Part shown: positions 39,368-48,384 of the stretch, in pieces
Position numbering within the stretch: position 1 is the first letter of the stretch
How the letters are laid out: the number at the start of each line of letters is the position of its first letter
Assembly: GCA_016217555.1 (NCBI GenBank)
Contig: JACRHW010000023.1
Span: 64,466-128,465, forward strand
Source: Parcubacteria group bacterium
GTDB taxonomy: Bacteria > Patescibacteriota > Minisyncoccia > UBA6257 > JACRHW01
DNA: 64,000 nt
Direction: 5' to 3'
The notes under the pieces: generated by a model
The model's database searches: none
What the model saw: the letters and a program-made list of their open reading frames with translations, nothing else
What the model was told of the DNA's origin: nothing
Program-made: the position numbers and the translations under genes

Positions 39368-40525
39368 TTATACTCTCAAATTTTGTTTATTATCCTGAAG
39401 TAAGCGTGAGAGAGGAATATTTTTTCCAATGAGACGTTCGATATTACGAAGTGCATTACGTTGATCGGGAGTTACAAACGATATTGCAAGCCCACCAGAC
39501 CCAGCACGCGCAGTACGCCCAATGCGATGCACATAGTCTTCTGAATGCATCGGCATGTCGTAATTTACCACAAGCGCAATACCCACCACATCAATACCAC
39601 GTGAAGCAATATCGGTTGCAACAAGTACGCGATACTTTCCTGTTTTAAATCCACCAAGCGCATCTTTTCTCTGGCCTAGTGATCGATTGCCATGAATCTC
39701 TGCTGCACTATATCCCATATTACGAATGTTCAATGTAAGACGTGCTGCACCATGTTTTGTTTTCGTAAATACAAGTACCGTACCAGAATGTTGATCAAGA
39801 ATCCTTTTTAAAAGATTGTTCTTTTCGTCTTTGTGAATGATAAACATCTCCTGAGCTACGCGTGTAGGCGTAGACCCTTGCGGGGCAACCTCAATACGAA
39901 TAGGAAGTTTCATATATCCCGTTGCAATCTTCATAATAGTATGAGGCATCGTCGCTGAAAAAAGCATCGTTTGGCGTTCAGTAGGGAGTGCCTGTAATAT
40001 TTTCTGAATCTGCGGGGCAAAACCCATATCAAGCATCATATCTGCCTCATCAAGTACTAAAATACGTACCCCATCAAGTCGTAAAGTCTTGTGCTCGAGA
40101 TGGTCGATAAGCCTTCCTGGTGTTGCCACGACCACATGAGGATCTCGCCCTAAGTCTCGCACCTGTGGACCCATTGCAGCACCTCCAATAAGTACGGCGG
40201 TTCTCATACCAAGACCTCTCCCCACCCTTTGCAGTGTCTCATCCACCTGGAGAGCAAGTTCGCGCGTAGGAAGAATAATAAGACCACGCCCTTTTATTTG
40301 AGCGAGTCTTTGAATGACAGGGATACCAAAAGCAAGCGTCTTCCCAGTACCCGTTTGTGCAATTCCCACCACATCCTTCCCCTCAATTGCAACAGGGATT
40401 ACTTGTTGTTGAATAGGAGTTGGTGTTACATAGCGCAATCGTGTAAGAACATCCAAGAGTGCAGGTGCAATACCGAGCGAAGAAAAGTCCGCCTTCTGAT
40501 ACGTTTCTGAGTTACTATTTTTCAT
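39368..40525 (-). CDS. DEAD-box ATP-dependent RNA helicase.
   Basis: AQTGTGKT, DEAD, SAT and HRIGRTARAG motifs. Confidence 0.9.
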   Translation of the reverse strand: MKNSNSETYQKADFSSLGIAPALLDVLTRLRYVTPTPIQQQVIPVAIEGKDVVGIAQTGTGKTLAFGIPVIQRLAQIKGRGLIILPTRELALQVDETLQRVGRGLGMRTAVLIGGAAMGPQVRDLGRDPHVVVATPGRLIDHLEHKTLRLDGVRILVLDEADMMLDMGFAPQIQKILQALPTERQTMLFSATMPHTIMKIATGYMKLPIRIEVAPQGSTPTRVAQEMFIIHKDEKNNLLKRILDQHSGTVLVFTKTKHGAARLTLNIRNMGYSAAEIHGNRSLGQRKDALGGFKTGKYRVLVATDIASRGIDVVGIALVVNYDMPMHSEDYVHRIGRTARAGSGGLAISFVTPDQRNALRNIERLIGKNIPLSRLLQDNKQNLRV

Positions 40526-40615
40526 AGGTTTTGATTATACCATACTTCATAAAAAAAGAAAAGCCCATCTCCAGGTTGGGCAAATACTAACAAACAATTA
40601 TCAGATCTATTGATT

Positions 40616-41338
40616 TTATATACTAGCCAACCTGATCGCCAGGTAGAGTACTCCAACACCGAGAACAGTCATAAATGTTGTTGCTTTAGTGGGATGATTA
40701 TGGTGACTTTCTGGAAGCAAATCTGTTGCCCCAATATACAAAAAGAAGCCACAAAATAGTGCAAGCACTAATCCAAGTACCGACTCAGGAAGAGAAAAGA
40801 AGCGCGTAGAAATGATACCAAGAACAGGAGCAATAGCATCAAGGAGGAGCCACTTAAAAGCGATGCCTCTGGTACCATTATTTTTAAGAATAAGATTTAC
40901 TGTATTAATACCATCCGAAAAATCATGCACAAGCACGGCAACTGCTATAATAGTACCCACAGCAATGGACACCTGAAATCCAAGACCAATTGCAGCCCCA
41001 TCTAAAAAGCTGTGAATCGAAAGACTCCCTGCACCCAATTTCCCCTTTGCGTGAGTATGGGTCTGATGATCCTCTTCGTTATCAGTATGCAGACTCACCA
41101 TTCTATCGAGAAGCATGTAGAGAACAAAGCCGAAAGCAACAATGGAGGTAATAAAACTTGTATCATGATACCTACTCCCCAAAGCAATGGCCTCAGGTAA
41201 AAGATCAAAGAAGGCAACACCCAAAACGGCCCCGGCACTAAAACCAAGAATCAGATGAAGCTTATCTTTAAACTTTAAAGCAAAAAGCCCGCCCAGGAGC
41301 GTAGAAAGAAACGTTGCGCTACTAATTAAAATAATCAT
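40616..41338 (-). CDS. ZIP-family divalent metal transporter (ZupT-like).
   Basis: Eight TM segments. His-rich loop HTDNEEDHQTHTHAKG. HDFSDG motif in a TM helix. Confidence 0.6.
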   Translation of the reverse strand: MIILISSATFLSTLLGGLFALKFKDKLHLILGFSAGAVLGVAFFDLLPEAIALGSRYHDTSFITSIVAFGFVLYMLLDRMVSLHTDNEEDHQTHTHAKGKLGAGSLSIHSFLDGAAIGLGFQVSIAVGTIIAVAVLVHDFSDGINTVNLILKNNGTRGIAFKWLLLDAIAPVLGIISTRFFSLPESVLGLVLALFCGFFLYIGATDLLPESHHNHPTKATTFMTVLGVGVLYLAIRLASI

Positions 41339-41644
41339 AAGCTTATTTTACACCACATTAAACCACCCCGAAAGGCTACCCGTCTACCCCTCCAAAAAAG
41401 GGAAAGGGGGCCACTTGGTGGACCCCTCTTTTGTTCAACTCCAGATTCGGATTCGCCCAAGATGCCTGCTAAGACACCTTTTTTCCCGGTCCAACGGTAA
41501 GGGGGATGTGGGAGAGATAAAAGTGTTGGACCACCCTAACCCTACCCCACCGAATCAAGACATCCGTGCTTTTTATAAAGTTGAACTTATATACCATACA
41601 CGATGTCACATATTTTGTCAAACATATATACCTCGAACGCAAAC

Positions 41645-41667
41645 AAACCCGCCTTTTGAGCGGGTTT
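41645..41667. terminator. Intrinsic terminator AAACCCGC-cttttga-GCGGGTTT downstream of the 41692..42375 gene.
   Basis: 8-bp stem followed, on the minus strand, by GTTTGCGTT. Confidence 0.55.
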
Positions 41668-41691
41668 GAAATCTAGATAGGAGCAATAAAA

Positions 41692-42375
41692 CTATTTCAT
41701 CTCTACGATTCTGCGAAAACGATCAATGATGTGTTCAGCATATGCCTTGCCCCCCAAACCAAATGCCAATCCTCCGGCGATAGCAAGCATTGCAACAACA
41801 CCTGTTACTACAATCGAAACAATCGTCTCTGCAACTTGCAACTGAAGGAGGGATGCAAACAAGCCAAAAATAAAGATTGCCCACCATGCAATGGCACCTA
41901 CAAGTTCTGAACCAGCAAGCTCAGCGCCTTTTGCTGATGCGCCAACAAACATTTTTACGAGATTCGCAACCCACACTGTCGCAAGCATAATTACTGTTGC
42001 TGCAAACACGCTAGGAAGGTATGCCATCACTTGAGCCAAAAATTGTGAAAATTGTGGTAATCCAAGAATATCAGACACCGCAATTAAAAACCCAATCATA
42101 ACAAACCAATAAACAAGTCTTCCCAAGAAATGCCCCGAATGCAAACGCATTCCTCCACGCGATACCACCTCTTCAAACCCAGCTTTTTTAAGCAAGGAGT
42201 CAACTTGTGCGAGAGTAATAATTTTTTCTACCAATGTTCCAAGGCCAGCTGCTACAATCCACCCAACAAGAAGGGTGAGAAGAGCACCAACAAGTGCAGG
42301 GATAAACGCTGCAGTACTCCTCCCAAGTTGGGTAAGAGACTGAAATAATATATCAAGCCATGCTTGAACTGTCAT
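41692..42375 (-). CDS. Hypothetical polytopic membrane protein, possibly MscS-like TM region.
   Basis: 227-aa ORF with 5-6 hydrophobic helices. No soluble domain. Confidence 0.4.
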   Translation of the reverse strand: MTVQAWLDILFQSLTQLGRSTAAFIPALVGALLTLLVGWIVAAGLGTLVEKIITLAQVDSLLKKAGFEEVVSRGGMRLHSGHFLGRLVYWFVMIGFLIAVSDILGLPQFSQFLAQVMAYLPSVFAATVIMLATVWVANLVKMFVGASAKGAELAGSELVGAIAWWAIFIFGLFASLLQLQVAETIVSIVVTGVVAMLAIAGGLAFGLGGKAYAEHIIDRFRRIVEMK

Positions 42376-42626
42376 ATGTTATTGTAAATACAAATTAAAT
42401 AATAATAGTTGTCTTTGTGTTTCCCCTACTGATTCTTCGACAATGAATATCAATAGCACAAAGACGTAGACCAAAAAGAATAGTACGACCTTTGGATCCC
42501 CTTTTACAGGGTTTCATAGTTCAAGTAAAGTATACCAGATATTATATGTCCAGCAAAGAGGAATTGTGGATAAGATTAAAGTCTCTGGATTCTCATTATT
42601 TTTTATGCTACAAATAAGTTCATCAG

Positions 42627-42699
42627 GGGCTCGTAGTAAAGTGGCATTACGCCGCATTCGCATTGCGGAAGCAGGAGTCCGATTCTCCTCGAGTCCACC
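42627..42699 (+). tRNA. tRNA-Ala (anticodon CGC).
   Basis: Cloverleaf: acceptor GGGCTCG/CGAGTCC including G3·U70. D-arm GTAA/TTAC. Anticodon arm CCGCA-TTCGCAT-TGCGG with U33 and A37. T-arm AGGAG-TCCGATT-CTCCT. Discriminator A followed by CC. Confidence 0.8.
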
Positions 42700-42797
42700 C
42701 CGTTAGAAGTAGACCAAAACGACTTTTTTAGATTTCTCTATTTTTTGACACCATATGTCTTATGCGTGCTAAATATTTTTATCTACTTCTAACGGGG
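42698..42797. repeat. R3 hairpin module: 16-bp perfect IR CCCCGTTAGAAGTAGA / TCTACTTCTAACGGGG around a 66-nt AT-rich loop, fused to the tRNA-Ala 3' end and followed by TCCACC.
   Basis: Family arms (ATCCCGTTAGAAG…) also occur at 42869..42965, 47678..47782 and 60844..60919. Confidence 0.85.
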
Positions 42798-42835
42798 TCC
42801 ACCACATATATCAATATTTCTAACGGGGCAAGTTG

Positions 42836-42872
42836 CTGAGACGCGAGTTCGATTCTCGCTGGGTCCACCCCG
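42836..42872 (+). pseudogene. tRNA 3'-half fragment: part of an anticodon stem, T-arm GCGAG-TTCGATT-CTCGC, acceptor 3' strand TGGGTCC, then ACC. No 5' half.
   Basis: A canonical T-loop and a 3' acceptor are present, but there is no complementary 5' acceptor strand upstream. It is preceded by an orphan R3 half-arm CTAACGGGG at 42827..42835. Confidence 0.5.
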
Positions 42873-42965
42873 TTAGAGGTAGATAACAACGCTTTGGTGG
42901 TGTATTAAAATTTTCAATACTAAAACAACGCAAGATTTTAAATCTATGTTGGTCTACCTCTAACG
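42869..42965. repeat. R3 hairpin module: IR CCCCGTTAGAGGTAGA / TCTACCTCTAACGGGG, followed by TCCACC.
   Basis: Second tandem unit after the tRNA fragment. Confidence 0.85.
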
Positions 42966-42991
42966 GGGTCCACCAATTAAAAAGGCCAGTT

Positions 42992-43273
42992 CTACAACTG
43001 ACCCAAAATTTCTTTTTTACCTTTTTCCGTTAGGCGAAAGGAGGAAACTACTTGCTGAGTATCATCTTCGTTACAATCATTATAGAGAAGTCCTTCTTGC
43101 AATGCCCACGCAACAGATGCAGCAAGAAATTTTTGACCTCGAGGATTACTGTCAAGAGTGACGAAATCCGCTCGATTATTTCTGAAAGCGCGAATAAACA
43201 CACCTCTATACTCCTCGACAGAATTCTGACCAATGTATTGATACCCATAATCCACGATTGCCGGTTCGTCCAT
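42992..43273 (-). CDS. Hypothetical protein (93 aa).
   Basis: ORF only. No recognised domain. Confidence 0.35.
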   Translation of the reverse strand: MDEPAIVDYGYQYIGQNSVEEYRGVFIRAFRNNRADFVTLDSNPRGQKFLAASVAWALQEGLLYNDCNEDDTQQVVSSFRLTEKGKKEILGQL

Positions 43274-43348
43274 AATCCCTCCTATATTTCAAAACTCATA
43301 CTGCACGTACTATATCACTCCATAATTCTGAAATCAAGGGTACCCAAA

Positions 43349-44341
43349 CTAATCAGAAAGTGTATACCCCATACTCCTCATCATCTCTTCAAATGAGGGC
43401 TTATCTCCATGTTTCTCTCGATCCTCGAGAACGTCTAAACGCTTTCGTGCAGCTTGAATTGCTTCGTCGAATTTAAATAATTTCTTTACCTCTTCTTTTA
43501 CTGTCTCTGGAAATGATAAAATCTGCAACTCAAAAATTTCTTTTCTTCCTTCCACAAAACCAATCTGAAATGTATACCAATCTTTGATACGTTTGCAAAT
43601 AAATTCTTTTTGTTCATTTGACACATCTTCTTGCTTATCAAGAATCTCCGCAATATCAATATTATCTTCACGGAACACACGATCTCCATCCTTCAAAAAC
43701 TCCTCACCGCCATCTATTACGGCACCTAAATCTGCTAGCGCCACCGCCTGTGTAATCAAGGACGCGTCTTCTTTGAGGTAGGGTTGAATAATCGTCCCAT
43801 GAATGAAATAAGGAATGGTTGCCTCAATCGCCTCTCTTGCGACGCGCTGATCCTCTTCGGTGAAAATTACCTTCCCCTCTTTTTTGTTACTCTCCTTCAT
43901 CCTCCGTATAAGAATCCCCGCGCTATTTTTTTCAATACGTATAGTGCGTCGCGCCCTCATTTTTTTCTGAAATTCACCTTCCCCGATCTTTTCAGAAGAA
44001 ATTTTTGGATCATCTTGTCGTTGATCAATATCGTGATAGGAGGCAATGAGACGCGCTACGATAATATCCCTATTAGTAACACCAATGGATGGATCGGCGT
44101 TCTGTATTGTTCTTAAAATGAGCTCTGCCTTCTCTTCAACCCCTTTCGTATGTTCTACGTTATGATACTCCCTGCGCTCTAAGGCATCACCCTCCTCTCT
44201 ACGGTATCGTCCCTCGATATCTTCGTGTGCGCGCGCAATAAGCTCCTCCGACAAAGAACGTATCAAAGAAAGATCTCTCTCCTTCGACTCTATACCTCGT
44301 CGTACATATCCCTCCTTATTTAAAAAACCCTTCTCCTTCAT
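43349..44341 (-). CDS. HD-domain-like phosphohydrolase.
   Basis: YHNVEHT … LIASYHDID (H…HD) spacing. Confidence 0.4.
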   Translation of the reverse strand: MKEKGFLNKEGYVRRGIESKERDLSLIRSLSEELIARAHEDIEGRYRREEGDALERREYHNVEHTKGVEEKAELILRTIQNADPSIGVTNRDIIVARLIASYHDIDQRQDDPKISSEKIGEGEFQKKMRARRTIRIEKNSAGILIRRMKESNKKEGKVIFTEEDQRVAREAIEATIPYFIHGTIIQPYLKEDASLITQAVALADLGAVIDGGEEFLKDGDRVFREDNIDIAEILDKQEDVSNEQKEFICKRIKDWYTFQIGFVEGRKEIFELQILSFPETVKEEVKKLFKFDEAIQAARKRLDVLEDREKHGDKPSFEEMMRSMGYTLSD

Positions 44342-44418
44342 ATAAAAAATTATTATTATATCCTATTGATGTCATTGTAACACATCATCTCAAAAAATAA
44401 GTTGTTACAACATATAAT

Positions 44419-44691
44419 ATGTTTCATAACGACACATGGTATACTGAATATATGAATCTTTTTCTTCAAATAGTTGGGTGGTTGGGAACAACACTTATTG
44501 TGCTTGGATACTTTTTCGTGTCCTCGAACAAAATGAAAGGAACAAGCGCAACATATCAACTCTTAAACCTTTGTGGTGCAATCTTTCTTGGTATCGACAT
44601 GGCAAGACATCAAACATGGTCTGGTGTAACTCTACAAATCATTTGGGGGGCAATAGCCCTCCTCTCCCTCTTCCGCCATCGAGAAAAATAA
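44419..44691 (+). CDS. Small membrane protein (90 aa).
   Basis: Three hydrophobic helices. Confidence 0.4.
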   Translation: MFHNDTWYTEYMNLFLQIVGWLGTTLIVLGYFFVSSNKMKGTSATYQLLNLCGAIFLGIDMARHQTWSGVTLQIIWGAIALLSLFRHREK

Positions 44692-44777
44692 TCCTCCTCC
44701 CATAATCTAAAATTAGGGATGTTTTGTGATACGAAAAACGAAAAACCCCTCGCTGCCGAGAGGTCTTTTTTTCTTTT

Positions 44778-45209
44778 TTATTTTTCCTTCTTTTTTTTCT
44801 GCCACCACCACGGACGGCCGGCAATCATGATCCAGATTCCCCAGACCATGATTGCCATCACCGCGAGAGAGGTAAGCAACTCTCTCCCTATAGGACTCAA
44901 TGATCCAAGAATCACTGCAAGCCCCAGTAAAAAAGGGGTTCGCATACAAGTACGACCCAGACCGACCCAAACCCCGCGTGCGATGTCAGGTAAGAAGCGC
45001 CCCAGCACTGCAAGAAGCGCGGCCACCACAAACAATGCCATGGGATCCTCACGCACTCCAACCACATTGGCATCAACCAAGGGAATCAAAGCCGCGAGAA
45101 CACAACACAGCACGGAAAAAACTCTCCACGGCCGTGTCACAAATCTTGCTACGAATCCCACGATCATAGGCACAACAAAAATCCAACGCCAATCCATCTG
45201 CTCTATCAT
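44778..45209 (-). CDS. GC-rich small membrane protein (143 aa, 4 TM) with a C-terminal WWWQKKKKEK tail.
   Basis: Local GC is ~55-60%. The C-terminus is followed by a long A/T homopolymer region. Confidence 0.4.
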   Translation of the reverse strand: MIEQMDWRWIFVVPMIVGFVARFVTRPWRVFSVLCCVLAALIPLVDANVVGVREDPMALFVVAALLAVLGRFLPDIARGVWVGLGRTCMRTPFLLGLAVILGSLSPIGRELLTSLAVMAIMVWGIWIMIAGRPWWWQKKKKEK

Positions 45210-45313
45210 TTTTCAAACTCCTCACCATCAGGCAAAAATCGTTCATTTCTGAACGATTTCATTATACCATACTTTTTATAAAAACGCAAATCAAGCCAGC
45301 GTAAGCAAAGAAG

Positions 45314-46657
45314 TTACATTGGAAGATAAACAGGAGCTCCCTTGTTTATGCATTTATAGTTATGACCGCGAGGGAGACCTGGTCCTGGATTTGCGCCCGT
45401 TCCAAGATCACGACATTCCTGATTTACTCCACACACCGCACCATTTCCACAAATTGCTGCCACCGGAAGTGTCGGAGAAACACATGAATATTGTCCAGGA
45501 TTAAAACATCGCGCACCGGCGGGGCAATCTACGGGTTGCACATCTCTGTTTGTTCTGCATACGAGTCCCTCCCCACACGTACTTCCATCGAAACATGTCT
45601 TCGATAATCCATTTCCAATTCGAATACAAGATTGACTTGTTGGATCAGAACATGCATCTGCTCCTGACGACGCTACATCTGGGACACAAATAGGATTTGG
45701 ATTTGACGGCTTGCAAAAAACACCCGGAGGGCATTCCTGAGATGGTTGCTTCTCGATATGATATCCTTGTGAACACGCCGATTGAGTCTCCCTACATGCT
45801 CCATCATACGCCTTAGCAATCTCAGCCTTTTTGGATGTCGCACAGGGATTCGTAACATGTGTAACTCCATCAACACCACAATACGTTACATCCACGCAAT
45901 TCGATCCTCCCCCTCCTGTGGACGAGAAATCTGTTTTTTTCAAAGAACAAAACGCAGTAATCTGTCTATCGCTTTTGGTAGTAATAACCGCCGCCTTCGT
46001 AATCAAACCACGAATAACACGGACAGTATTTAACCAACCTGAAACCGAATTATTCTTGAGTGCCGAGATACGAAAACTATAGGCGTCTCCCAGAGGCGTT
46101 AACGTAACAAGCCCCAAACGCTCTGTCTCAGACAAAATTTTGCTCGTACATAGATAAGGAGACCCAAATTTTTCAATAAGTTTTTTCTTCAAACCATCGG
46201 GTGTCGAATTTATCGCAGAAGTAGTTCCTGTTGTAACACCAACAGAACTACTACCAGCGATCTTGTTACATTGATAAGCTGGCTGTGTCGATGAAGCACA
46301 CCGAGTATTGGGCGGACATATACGAACCACGGTCACACAAGTAGTTCCAACTCCACACACCGATCCATTTTCACAGATTTGATCATTTGATGTTGCAGGG
46401 GGAACACATGTATAGTTAGAACTTTGTTGTTGTCCAGCAAAAACAGGTCTCCCTAGTTTTAACGCTATGCACGAGTATCCATTTGAACACACCGATCCAT
46501 CACCACAGATAGCTCCTTTTTGAATACAAGATTGGCTCGCTGGATTAAGACACGGGTCACTCACTGCACGTACGCTAGTTCCCTGAAGAAAAAAGATACC
46601 TACTGCTCCAAACACCAAAAGAAGAAAAATAAAAATTCGTTTGTAATGATAATTCAT
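45314..46657 (-). CDS. Secreted cysteine-rich repeat protein (447 aa).
   Basis: Signal peptide MNYHYKRIFIFLLLVFGAVGIFFLQGTSVRA. Repeated Cys modules (DPCLNPASQSCIQKGAICGDGSVC; DACSDPTSQSCIRIGNG…TCFDGSTCGEGLVC; AAICGNGAVCGVNQEC). Confidence 0.55.
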   Translation of the reverse strand: MNYHYKRIFIFLLLVFGAVGIFFLQGTSVRAVSDPCLNPASQSCIQKGAICGDGSVCSNGYSCIALKLGRPVFAGQQQSSNYTCVPPATSNDQICENGSVCGVGTTCVTVVRICPPNTRCASSTQPAYQCNKIAGSSSVGVTTGTTSAINSTPDGLKKKLIEKFGSPYLCTSKILSETERLGLVTLTPLGDAYSFRISALKNNSVSGWLNTVRVIRGLITKAAVITTKSDRQITAFCSLKKTDFSSTGGGGSNCVDVTYCGVDGVTHVTNPCATSKKAEIAKAYDGACRETQSACSQGYHIEKQPSQECPPGVFCKPSNPNPICVPDVASSGADACSDPTSQSCIRIGNGLSKTCFDGSTCGEGLVCRTNRDVQPVDCPAGARCFNPGQYSCVSPTLPVAAICGNGAVCGVNQECRDLGTGANPGPGLPRGHNYKCINKGAPVYLPM

Positions 46658-46791
46658 AACAGATTTTTTATTACTAATTCACTTATATAGTATACATCAT
46701 AACAACACCAATTGTGTGTGCATAAAACAACCCTTCCGTTTTAAAAAGTTCTGTGATATAAAAATGTAGCTCATTACAACCCAAAGGAGGA

Positions 46792-47277
46792 GTGATAATG
46801 GACATCCCCACCATTGTTTTGGTTTTGCTTCTTGGATGGATTATTGGTACCACTATCGCAAGACAGTTTATGCCAAAACTTACGCAATGTGAAAGTGAAC
46901 TTATTTGGCGCTGCGACCCAAGTGTGGGCACCTACGAACCAGATCTTGAAAAAGATTTCGATACACGATTCGAATCATGTTTGTTTCGTATCAAAATGTC
47001 CCTTCCTCCATTCGAATTTGAATCCCACAAAAATGCAGTCCTTACGATACTCAACCAACAAAAATACCGTCTCAAGTGGATCTTAAATGAACTTGAGAAT
47101 ACGATAAAAGTACAATGCATTTTTATGACACTCGTACTGGCAACTGATAGGGCAAAAAACCTTCTCCTCATGGTTAGTCTGGCTGGTATATCTCTTGAAA
47201 AAACCGCTATCGATCTTTCTCACAAAAACATCTTCTACAAAATAGACGTGGGTGGCAATATCGAGATAATGCCATAA
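46792..47277 (+). CDS. Hypothetical protein (161 aa) with an N-terminal TM segment.
   Basis: SD AAAGGAGGAGTGATA-ATG. Confidence 0.45.
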   Translation: MIMDIPTIVLVLLLGWIIGTTIARQFMPKLTQCESELIWRCDPSVGTYEPDLEKDFDTRFESCLFRIKMSLPPFEFESHKNAVLTILNQQKYRLKWILNELENTIKVQCIFMTLVLATDRAKNLLLMVSLAGISLEKTAIDLSHKNIFYKIDVGGNIEIMP

Positions 47278-47284
47278 CAAAAAG

Positions 47285-47306
47285 AGGCTCACATGAGCCC
47301 CTTTTT
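47285..47306 (+). terminator. Intrinsic terminator GGCTCA-ca-TGAGCC followed by CCTTTTTT.
   Basis: Immediately after the stop of 46792..47277. Confidence 0.65.
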
Positions 47307-47326
47307 TGTAATCGAAAGAGATCAAT

Positions 47327-47650
47327 CTATATGTTCAAATCTCCCATTGCTTGATCAACCCTGCTGTGACGCATGCCACCCTCTGGCTCCTCGATCTTTA
47401 GGTTCACGCGTGCGTGATTCTTAAGACCAACGATGCGAAGAAGGGTGCGGATCGCTTTTGAAGTAGAACCTTCACGGCCAATAACCTGACCCATATCCTC
47501 TGCGTGTACCTTCAAAGAAAGAAGGACACCCATTTCGTCTACTTTGCGATCAACACGTACATCATCTGGATGATCAACGATTGACTTAATCAGATATTCA
47601 AGAAAACCCTGATCAGACATTTCGTTCATATCGTGTGAGTAATTATGCAT
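47327..47650 (-). CDS. KH-domain RNA-binding protein (YlqC-like; between rpsP and rimM in many genomes).
   Basis: VIGREGSTSKAIRTLLR KH GxxG motif. Confidence 0.7.
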   Translation of the reverse strand: MHNYSHDMNEMSDQGFLEYLIKSIVDHPDDVRVDRKVDEMGVLLSLKVHAEDMGQVIGREGSTSKAIRTLLRIVGLKNHARVNLKIEEPEGGMRHSRVDQAMGDLNI

Positions 47651-47677
47651 TATTCTCGACCTTTTAAATTCTTATCT

Positions 47678-47782
47678 ATCCCGTTAGAAGTAATCTAAAT
47701 TTTTCAATTCTCCACCATACTTAGAAGCTAAAACAAACAGCAATGCATCATAATGACATATTGTGGTTACTTCTAACGGGAT
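47678..47782. repeat. R3 hairpin module: 16-bp perfect IR ATCCCGTTAGAAGTAA / TTACTTCTAACGGGAT with a 73-nt loop.
   Basis: 68 nt to the left of R2 copy 3. Confidence 0.85.
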
Positions 47783-47850
47783 CCATCGGAAATCAATAAA
47801 AGTAATATACTTATAAACTATCACAAAAAACTAGCTTTGTCAATCAATCC

Positions 47851-47975
47851 TAGAACCTACATATTTGGATGAAGTGCGAGGCGCACATGAGAAACGGACT
47901 GAACTGTATTTCACTGATACAGCGAAGGAGTATCGCAGTGTGCAACGAAGCAGTTCGCCGAATATGTAGGTTCTA
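47851..47975. repeat. R2 element copy 3, diverged core, with a 15-bp perfect flanking IR TAGAACCTACATATT / AATATGTAGGTTCTA. It ends 1 nt before the rpsP stop.
   Basis: The ATTTGGATG … GAGAAACGGA … ACGAAG … TTCGCCGAAT blocks are conserved. The central region differs. Confidence 0.8.
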
Positions 47976-47976
47976 A

Positions 47977-48264
47977 CTATTTCTTCTTGCCTTCTTTCTT
48001 TTTCGCATGCACCGCCACCTTCTCCCCCTTCATAAGCCCGGCACGAACAAATAAGTTGTGCACTGTCTCGGATGGCTGTGCACCATTCTTAAGCCAATAG
48101 GCTACGCGGTCTTCTACAAGCGAGTGTTTCCCTGTATGAGGGTTTAACCACCCTAAATCTTCATTAACCTTACCCCCTCTTGGCTTTGAACGCTGCGGTA
48201 AAACAACCACTCTATAGGTAGACTGGTGCTTCTTACCAATGCGATTTAATCGAATACGTAACAT
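47977..48264 (-). CDS. rpsP: 30S ribosomal protein S16.
   Basis: MLRIRLNRIGKKHQSTYRVVV. Confidence 0.9.
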   Translation of the reverse strand: MLRIRLNRIGKKHQSTYRVVVLPQRSKPRGGKVNEDLGWLNPHTGKHSLVEDRVAYWLKNGAQPSETVHNLFVRAGLMKGEKVAVHAKKKEGKKK

Positions 48265-48267
48265 AGG

Positions 48268-48380
48268 TTATATAAGATACTAATATATGAATCCATACAA
48301 ATGATACGAATGGTTACGAATACGTACAATATTCGTATTGATTTGTAGTATTAGTATCATTCGTATATTGGTATGGTTAA
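48268..48380. repeat. R1 element copy 2, immediately upstream of the rpsP start and downstream of the smc stop.
   Basis: Near-identical to 7295..7403. Confidence 0.9.
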
Positions 48381-48384
48381 TCTT

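Noticed and set aside
42836-42872. Nanoarchaeum-style split tRNA (3' half with a complementary leader).
   Set aside because: No matching 5' half with acceptor strand GGACCCA is visible in the window. The preceding sequence is an R3 half-arm, not a unique complementary leader. Recorded as a fragment or pseudogene instead.
42698-42965. CRISPR array.
   Set aside because: The repeated units are inverted repeat pairs (hairpin arms), not direct repeats with regular spacers. There are no cas genes.
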